From Terriglobia bacterium (GTDB lineage Bacteria; Acidobacteriota; Terriglobia; JAJPHL01; JAPKYU01), in the NCBI GenBank assembly GCA_965206645.1, contig CBDBKE010000004.1, positions 1,728,001 through 1,792,000 on the forward strand: a DNA stretch of 64,000 nucleotides, written 5' to 3'. Position 1 is the stretch's first letter; each line of letters opens with the position of its first letter. The position numbers and the translations under genes are program-made. Positions 57,431 to 64,000 of the stretch are shown here, piece by piece. The notes under the pieces are model-generated. The model worked only from the letters and a program-made list of their open reading frames with translations, had not been told where the DNA came from and did no database searches.

Positions 57431-59569
57431 TTGAACCTCAGCAAAGAGCGTCTGGATGGTCCGCTCCGGCAACTGGCACTCCTCTACGGCGTTCAAACTG
57501 CTTACTACGACGTCGTCTCCCACCGCCGCAGACAGGCGTCGGCTGAGGCACTCCTGTCCGTGCTTCGCGCGTTGGGGGCCCCCTTAGAAAACCATGGGGA
57601 TGCCGGGTCAGCCTTGCGGCAAAGGCGCCAGGACCTGTGGCAGCGCTGCCTGGAGCCGGCTACGGTTTCCTGGGACGGCGCGCCATTTCGCGTCGAGATG
57701 CGCCTGCCTGCATCGCGCGCCGGGGGCCTGGCACATTGCCGGTTGCAGCTCGAAACCGGAGAGGTGCAGCAGTGGACCTCGAACCTTGCGGGACTTCGCG
57801 CTCTGCGCTCAGCAGAAGAAGCAGGAGTACGGTACGTTGTCAAAGCTCTAAGAAGCCCCAAAAGCCTGCCCTGCGGCTATCACCGATTCACACTGGAATG
57901 GCAGGGAAACACAGCTGAGGCGCTGATCATTGCTGCACCGCTCCAGGCTTACGCGACGCGCCCACAGCGGCAGGGCAGAACCTGGGGAGTTTTCCTCCCG
58001 CTATATGCGCTTCATAGTCGCAAGAGTTGGGGAGCGGGCGATTTCTCGGACCTCGAAGCGCTGGTCGAGTGGGTCGGTCAATTGGGCGGAGGTGTGATCA
58101 GCACCTTGCCGCTGTTAGCCTCCTACCTCGATGAGCCCTTCGACCCAAGCCCGTACGCACCGGCCAGCCGGCTGTTCTGGAACGAGTTTTACCTGGACGT
58201 CACACGCATTCCGGAAGTGGAATCTTGTGCCCGCGTAAAGGAACTACTGGGCTCCGCCTGGCTCCAGGAGGAGTTGAATCTTCTGCGCTCGTCGGCCCTG
58301 GTCGACTATCGTCGCGGGATGGCTGTCAAACGGAAGGTGCTCGAGGAATTGGCAAGGCACTTTTTCGCCCAGAACTCGCAACGGATGGCGAATTTCCGGC
58401 ATTACTTGGAGGCACATCCTCGACTGGAAGATTATGCCCGCTTCCGGGCCGCCTCTGACCGCCAGCGGACTCCCTGGCCGAGTTGGCCCCAGCCACTGCG
58501 CCAGGGAGTTCTCGAACCGGGCGACTACGATGAGCAGGTACGCCGCTACTACCTTTACACCCAGTGGTTGGCGCACGAGCAGATTCAGGCCGTTTCGGAA
58601 AAAGCCCGGCGAAACGGTCCCGGCTTGTATCTGGATTTACCTTTGGGTCTCCACCCCGCGGGCTATGACGTGTGGCGCGAGCGGAACGCGTTTGCCCTGG
58701 AGGTCTCCGGTGGTGCACCTCCCGACCGTGTCTTCACCACGGGACAGAATTGGGCGTTTCGGCCGCTACAGCCAGAAAAGATCAGGGAGCAAGGCTATGG
58801 CTACTTCATCGCCTGCCTGCGCCATCAACTCCAGCACGCTGGTCTGCTGCGCATTGACCACGTGATGGCCCTGCACCGGCTGTACTGGATTCCCGACGGT
58901 TTTGAAGACCACCAGGGGGTCTATGTGCGCTACCCGGCTGAAGAACTTTACGCCATTCTGAGCCTGGAATCGCACCGGCACAAGACGAGCATCGTCGGCG
59001 AGAACCTGGGCACGGTACCCTACTACGTCAATCCGACGATGCGCCGCCACCGGGTCCAGCGGATGTACGTTGTACAATACGAGATTGCGCATCAGGCGCG
59101 CAGGGCGCTACGGGCAGTGCCTGCGTTCTCGGTGGCCGGGCTGAACACGCACGACATGCCTCCATTTGCCGCTTACTGGGAAGACCTGGATGTGGAAGAC
59201 CGGCTGGCTCTGGGCCTTCTCACCCGAAAGGGTGCCCAAAGCGAGCGCAAGACTCGCCACGCCCTTCGAAACGCTTTGGTCAGCTTCTTAAGGCGCCACG
59301 GCTGGCTGACATCCACGTCGGCGGAGACTGGCGATGTTTTGAGAGCTTGCCTGGCCTACTTGGCGGCTAGCCCGGCTCAAATCGTGCTGGTGAACTTGGA
59401 AGACCTTTGGCTGGAAACGCAGTCCCACAACGTTCCTTCAACCGGAGAGACCCGCTCCAACTGGCGTCAGAAGGCTCTCCACTCACTGGAAGCGTTTCGC
59501 CGGTTACCCGACGTCTGCGCTACACTCCGGCAACTCCGTCGGGCACGAGTGGGAGGGAAAGGCTGTTGA
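57431..59569 (+). CDS. malQ: 4-alpha-glucanotransferase (GH77)
   Basis: [45 protein letters not shown] start after GGAGGTG. Confidence 0.93.
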   Translation: MNLSKERLDGPLRQLALLYGVQTAYYDVVSHRRRQASAEALLSVLRALGAPLENHGDAGSALRQRRQDLWQRCLEPATVSWDGAPFRVEMRLPASRAGGLAHCRLQLETGEVQQWTSNLAGLRALRSAEEAGVRYVVKALRSPKSLPCGYHRFTLEWQGNTAEALIIAAPLQAYATRPQRQGRTWGVFLPLYALHSRKSWGAGDFSDLEALVEWVGQLGGGVISTLPLLASYLDEPFDPSPYAPASRLFWNEFYLDVTRIPEVESCARVKELLGSAWLQEELNLLRSSALVDYRRGMAVKRKVLEELARHFFAQNSQRMANFRHYLEAHPRLEDYARFRAASDRQRTPWPSWPQPLRQGVLEPGDYDEQVRRYYLYTQWLAHEQIQAVSEKARRNGPGLYLDLPLGLHPAGYDVWRERNAFALEVSGGAPPDRVFTTGQNWAFRPLQPEKIREQGYGYFIACLRHQLQHAGLLRIDHVMALHRLYWIPDGFEDHQGVYVRYPAEELYAILSLESHRHKTSIVGENLGTVPYYVNPTMRRHRVQRMYVVQYEIAHQARRALRAVPAFSVAGLNTHDMPPFAAYWEDLDVEDRLALGLLTRKGAQSERKTRHALRNALVSFLRRHGWLTSTSAETGDVLRACLAYLAASPAQIVLVNLEDLWLETQSHNVPSTGETRSNWRQKALHSLEAFRRLPDVCATLRQLRRARVGGKGC

Positions 59570-61554
59570 AATCCAGCCAGAACCGTACGCCGCGGACCTT
59601 CGGCTCAGACAACGCGGCCTCCACGGTGCGCTATGACGTGAGCTTGCTGACCGATCAGGACCTCCACCTGTTCAATGAAGGCAGCCACGATCGACTTTAC
59701 CAGAAGCTGGGGGCTCATCCGCTGCAGGTGGAGGGAAACGAGGGAACCTACTTTGCTACCTGGGCGCCGAACGCCAAACAGGTGTGTGTGATGGGGGACT
59801 TCAACGGATGGAATAAGTCAAGCCACCCATTGCAGCCCCGTGCCCATTCCGGCATCTCGGCTGGCATCTGGGCCGGCATCTGGGAGGGATTCATCCCTGG
59901 AGTGGGTCCAGGAGAGCTTTACAAGTATTACGTCGTCTCCCAGCATGGCGACTATCGGGTGGACAAGACCGATCCGTTCGCCTTCTTCATGGAAAATCCC
60001 CCTGGGACCGCTTCGGTGGTCTGCAACCTGGAATACTCCTGGGGAGATGGCGCCTGGATGCAAAGCCGGCATCAGCGTAATTCCCTGCGTAGCCCCATCG
60101 CCATCTATGAGGTGCACCTCGGCTCCTGGATGCGCGTCCCAGAGCAAAACAACCGCTGGCTGAGTTATCGGGAGCTGGCGCCCAAGCTGGTCGACTATGT
60201 GCGCCGGATGGGGTTCACTCACGTGGAGTTTTTACCCGTGATGGAGCACCCCTTCTACGGCTCCTGGGGCTACCAGACGACTGGCTATTTCGCCCCCACC
60301 AGCCGCTACGGAGCTCCGCAAGACTTGATGTATTTGATTGACTCCCTCCACCAGAACGGAATCGGCGTCATCCTGGACTGGGTGCCGTCACATTTTCCGG
60401 ACGACGAGCACGGCCTGGCCTACTTTGACGGGACCCACCTCTACGAGCACGCCGACCCGCGGAAAGGCTTTCATCCGGACTGGGGCAGCTACATCTTCAA
60501 CTACGAGCAGAACGAGATCCGGAGCTTCCTTCTAAGCAGCGCGTTGTTTTGGCTGGACACCTACCACGCCGACGGACTGCGGGTGGACGCGGTCTCTTCC
60601 ATGCTGTACCTGGACTACTCGCGCCCGGAAGGCGAGTGGATTCCCAACCGGTACGGGGGGCGGGAAAATCTCGAAGCTGCCCAGTTCCTGCGAGAACTGA
60701 ATCAGCACGCCTACAAGAACTACCCCGACATCCAAACGGTGGCGGAGGAGTCAACTTCCTGGCCGATGGTCTCCAGACCGACCCACCTGGGAGGTTTGGG
60801 CTTTGGCATGAAGTGGGACATGGGATGGATGCACGACACGCGGGAATACCTGTCCCAGGACCCCGGCCGCCGGAAGGACTACCATAACAAGCTGACCTTT
60901 CGAATGACCTACACCTTCACCGAAAACTTCTTGCTGCCGCTGTCGCACGACGAGGTCGTGTACGGAAAGAGCTCGCTGCTCGGCAAGATGGCAGGCGACG
61001 ATCGGCAGAAGTTCGCCAACCTCCGCCTGCTGCTCGGATACATGTACAGCCAGCCCGGAAAGAAGCTGCTGTTCATGGGAGGCGAGTTTGGCCAGTGGCG
61101 GGAATGGAACCATGAGAAAGACCTGGACTGGCACCTGTTGCAATACACTCCCCACGCGGGTTTGCAAAAGTGGGTGGAAGATTTGAATCGGCTGTACCGC
61201 AGCGAGCCAGCGCTCTATGAGCTGGACAGCGAGCCGGCAGGCTTTGAATGGATCGACTGCGATGACAGCGATCAGAGCGTACTGACATTTTTCCGCAGGG
61301 GACACTCGAGCAACGACGTTCTCGTCGTGGCCTGCAATTTCACCCCGATCCCCCATACCAATTACCGGCTTGGTGTCCCGCAGGGTGGATTCTGGCGCGA
61401 ACTGCTCAACAGCGATGCGCAGCACTACGGAGGAGGCGGCTCGGGGAATCTTGGCGGGGTGGAGGCGGGGCCGGCTTCCGTCCATGGGCGCCCCTACGCT
61501 CTGAGCATCACCCTGCCGCCGCTGGCCATTGTCTTCCTCAAGAATGGAGCGTAA
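59566..61554 (+). CDS. glgB: 1,4-alpha-glucan branching enzyme
   Basis: [48 protein letters not shown] overlap with malQ. Confidence 0.96.
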   Translation: MKSSQNRTPRTFGSDNAASTVRYDVSLLTDQDLHLFNEGSHDRLYQKLGAHPLQVEGNEGTYFATWAPNAKQVCVMGDFNGWNKSSHPLQPRAHSGISAGIWAGIWEGFIPGVGPGELYKYYVVSQHGDYRVDKTDPFAFFMENPPGTASVVCNLEYSWGDGAWMQSRHQRNSLRSPIAIYEVHLGSWMRVPEQNNRWLSYRELAPKLVDYVRRMGFTHVEFLPVMEHPFYGSWGYQTTGYFAPTSRYGAPQDLMYLIDSLHQNGIGVILDWVPSHFPDDEHGLAYFDGTHLYEHADPRKGFHPDWGSYIFNYEQNEIRSFLLSSALFWLDTYHADGLRVDAVSSMLYLDYSRPEGEWIPNRYGGRENLEAAQFLRELNQHAYKNYPDIQTVAEESTSWPMVSRPTHLGGLGFGMKWDMGWMHDTREYLSQDPGRRKDYHNKLTFRMTYTFTENFLLPLSHDEVVYGKSSLLGKMAGDDRQKFANLRLLLGYMYSQPGKKLLFMGGEFGQWREWNHEKDLDWHLLQYTPHAGLQKWVEDLNRLYRSEPALYELDSEPAGFEWIDCDDSDQSVLTFFRRGHSSNDVLVVACNFTPIPHTNYRLGVPQGGFWRELLNSDAQHYGGGGSGNLGGVEAGPASVHGRPYALSITLPPLAIVFLKNGA

Positions 61555-61560
61555 CTCGCG

Positions 61561-63408
61561 ATGAGCCCCGCGCTAGGCGCGACCTACCTGGGCCGCGGCC
61601 GCTGCGAGTTTCTGTTATGGGCGCCGCGCCAGGAGCAGGTCGAAGTGCGCATGATGGGCGCAGGCGAGCAGTTGGTCCCGATGCAACCGCAGCCGCGCGG
61701 CTACCATCGTGTCCTGGCGGAGGGTGTCGCCCCGGGCAGCTTGTACCTGTACCGCCTGGGCGGTGGGCAAGATAGGCCAGACCCAGCCTCCCGCTTCCAG
61801 CCGCAGGGTGTTCATGGGCCGTCCCAGGTTGTGGACCAAGCCTTTAGCTGGCAAGATCTGGAATGGCGTGGCTTCCCGCTTGAACATTACATCCTTTACG
61901 AAATCCACGTGGGAACCTTCACTCCGGAGGGAACGTTTGACGCGCTGCTGCCCTGCCTCAGTGAGCTGAAGCAGATCGGCGTCACGGCCGTGGAGTTGAT
62001 GCCGGTGGCGCAATTTCCCGGAGAGCGGAACTGGGGATACGACGGCGTCTTTCCCTTTGCAGTACAGAACTGCTACGGCGGACCCGACGGCCTGAAGAGG
62101 TTGGTCAATGCGTGCCACGAACAGGGGCTAGCCGTAGTCCTGGATGTGGTCTATAACCACGTCGGGCCGGAAGGCAACTACCTGGCCGACTTCGGACCCT
62201 ACTTCACCGAACGGCACCGTACCGCGTGGGGTGGGGCAATCAACTTCGACGGACCGCACAGCGACGAGGTCCGGCGCTTCTTTATCGAAAATGCGTTTTA
62301 CTGGATGACCGAGTTCCACGTGGATGCACTCCGCCTCGACGCCATCCACGCCATTGTGGACCCATCGGCTCAACCCTTCCTGGAAGAGCTGGCCGCGGCT
62401 GTGCAGGAGCAGGCGGAGCGGCTGGCGCGTCCCGTGTATGTGATCGCGGAAAGCGACCGGAACGACCCACGGTGCCTTCGCCCGCGCCAGGTTGGCGGCT
62501 GGGGTCTGGATGCCCAATGGAACGATGATTTCCATCACGCGCTGCACGCCCTTCTGACCGGCGAACGGAATGGTTACTACGCGGACTTTGGGCAAATCGA
62601 GCATCTGGCCCGGGCGTTCACCGAGGGCTATGTGTATTCGGGACAGTATTCGGCCTACCGCCAGCGCCGCCACGGTAACTCCTCGCGGGACATCCCGGCC
62701 TACCGGTTCGTGGTGTGCGCGCAGAACCACGATCAGGTGGGAAACCGGATGCTGGGGGAGCGGCTCAGCCAACTCACCTCCTTCGAGGAGCTGAAGCTGG
62801 CCGCCGCCGTGGTCCTGCTGTCGCCTTTCATTCCGCTGCTGTTCATGGGAGAGGAGTATGCCGAGACAGCACCCTTCCTCTATTTTGTCAGCCATTTGGA
62901 CCCTGCCCTGATTGAGGCGGTGCGCCAGGGGCGGCGCCGGGAGTTTGCCGCCTTTCAATTGCGAGGCGAGCTGGGGCGAGGCGAGCTGCCCGACCCGCAG
63001 GACGAGCGCACTTTCTTGTGCTCGAAGCTGCGCTGGGAATTACGCCAGGAGGGACCGCATCGCATCCTGCGCGACTTTTATCAGGAGCTGATCCGGCTGA
63101 GGAACCACACACCCGCCCTGACCTGCTCGAGCAAGGAGGCGCTGGAGGTCGCGGGTTATGAGAAGGAGAAGATTTTGTTCGTCCGCCGATGGAAAGATTC
63201 CAACCAGGTTTTCACGGTCTTCCACTTTGGGGATGCAGCAGCCGAGTTTTCTCTACCCATTCCGGCAGGGCATTGGCAAAAGCTACTGGATTCGTCCGAC
63301 CCACTGTGGGCTGGCGCCGGCAGCTCGATGCCAGAGAGGTTCACCACGAGCAGCGAAACCCGTTTGACGGTCGGGCCCAAGTCCGCCGTTCTGTTTCAAA
63401 TGGTGTAA
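61561..63408 (+). CDS. treZ: Malto-oligosyltrehalose trehalohydrolase
   Basis: PDPASRFQPQGVHG, WGYDG, RLDAIH, IAESD, QWNDDFHH, QNHDQVGNR. Confidence 0.95.
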   Translation: MSPALGATYLGRGRCEFLLWAPRQEQVEVRMMGAGEQLVPMQPQPRGYHRVLAEGVAPGSLYLYRLGGGQDRPDPASRFQPQGVHGPSQVVDQAFSWQDLEWRGFPLEHYILYEIHVGTFTPEGTFDALLPCLSELKQIGVTAVELMPVAQFPGERNWGYDGVFPFAVQNCYGGPDGLKRLVNACHEQGLAVVLDVVYNHVGPEGNYLADFGPYFTERHRTAWGGAINFDGPHSDEVRRFFIENAFYWMTEFHVDALRLDAIHAIVDPSAQPFLEELAAAVQEQAERLARPVYVIAESDRNDPRCLRPRQVGGWGLDAQWNDDFHHALHALLTGERNGYYADFGQIEHLARAFTEGYVYSGQYSAYRQRRHGNSSRDIPAYRFVVCAQNHDQVGNRMLGERLSQLTSFEELKLAAAVVLLSPFIPLLFMGEEYAETAPFLYFVSHLDPALIEAVRQGRRREFAAFQLRGELGRGELPDPQDERTFLCSKLRWELRQEGPHRILRDFYQELIRLRNHTPALTCSSKEALEVAGYEKEKILFVRRWKDSNQVFTVFHFGDAAAEFSLPIPAGHWQKLLDSSDPLWAGAGSSMPERFTTSSETRLTVGPKSAVLFQMV

Positions 63409-63411
63409 CCC

Positions 63412-64000
63412 ATGACGCCACGCTACATTTGTATCCATGCCCATTTCTACCAGCCTCCCCGCGAGAACCCGGGGTTGGAAGCGATCGAAATGCAAGACTC
63501 GGCCTATCCCTATCACGACTGGAACGAGCGAATCACGGCCGAGTGTTACGCGCCGAATGCGAACTCGCGCATCCTGGACGGCGAGGGGCGCATCATCAAG
63601 ATCGTCAACAACTACGCCAAACTCAGCTTCAACTTCGGCCCCACGCTGATTGCATGGCTGGAGCAACAGTCGCCGGAAGTCTATCGGGCCATTCTCGCAG
63701 CGGACCAGGAAAGCCAGGAGAGGTTTTCGGGGCACGGGTCCGCGCTGGCCCAAGCCTACAACCACATGATCCTGCCGCTGGCCAACCGCCGCGACAAGGA
63801 GACGCAAGTCATTTGGGGCATCCGCGACTTTCAGGCTCGCTTCGGCCGGCCTCCGGAAGGGATGTGGCTGCCGGAAACCGCCGTGGACCTGGAAACGCTG
63901 CGCATTCTGGTCGAGCAAGGGATCCGCTTCACCATTTTGGCGCCGACGCAGGCTCGCCGCGTTCGCCCGCCCGGCGGCCGCTGGCGCGACGTGCGCGGGG
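63412..64000 (+). CDS. GH57 / DUF3536 glycoside hydrolase (partial, runs off the window)
   Basis: Not in the ORF track. Manual translation: MTPRYICIHAHFYQPPRENP...YHDWNERI...SFNFGPTL...YNHMILPL...GMWLPETAVD. Confidence 0.9.
   Translation, partial: MTPRYICIHAHFYQPPRENPGLEAIEMQDSAYPYHDWNERITAECYAPNANSRILDGEGRIIKIVNNYAKLSFNFGPTLIAWLEQQSPEVYRAILAADQESQERFSGHGSALAQAYNHMILPLANRRDKETQVIWGIRDFQARFGRPPEGMWLPETAVDLETLRILVEQGIRFTILAPTQARRVRPPGGRWRDVRG

Noticed and set aside
7753-62958. Many long antisense or alternate-frame ORFs (e.g. 7753-9087, 27008-28063, 38544-39773, 40853-42229)
   Set aside because: Shadow ORFs of well-supported genes in high-GC DNA, with no recognisable motifs.
1-64000. tRNA-Sec or sel genes, and a RiPP precursor for the rSAM/ATP-grasp pair
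   Set aside because: None recognisable in the window. The Sec machinery must be elsewhere, and no short precursor-like ORF with an RBS flanks the operon.

Overview
GC-rich bacterial chromosomal window, probably Acidobacteriota (inferred from the Oar-type TonB-dependent receptors and many WPxWRGP beta-propeller proteins). It has four blocks. (1) 1-20.5 kb is mixed housekeeping: ispH with a wHTH regulator, a radical SAM + ATP-grasp pair, yggX, PCD, DUF169, HNH, glpK, nuoI, a heterodimeric ABC exporter, nfo, leuS, ldh and glnA. (2) 21-32 kb is a compatible-solute cluster: treT, DUF5752, an internally deleted otsB, otsA, a Kef-type antiporter, a NarL-type two-component system and gpgS/gpgP. (3) 32-57 kb holds a dead IS21 element and a ~22 kb uncharacterised envelope locus: five PQQ-like beta-propellers, two TonB-dependent receptors, a CxxC GT4, a LolD/double-FtsX ABC system and an MFS transporter. 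(4) 57-64 kb is an alpha-glucan operon: malQ, glgB, treZ and a partial GH57/DUF3536 gene. Main highlights: the radical SAM ORF almost certainly reads through UGA as selenocysteine (…EPWYC-U-AEPTEEQFALV, with a SECIS-like hairpin) and is coupled to an ATP-grasp ligase; the beta-propeller/TonB/ABC locus; and a chain of three ATGA-overlapping 4-codon mini-ORFs linking two genes. No CRISPR array, rRNA or tRNA was recognised. Family assignments come from motif recognition, not database searches.
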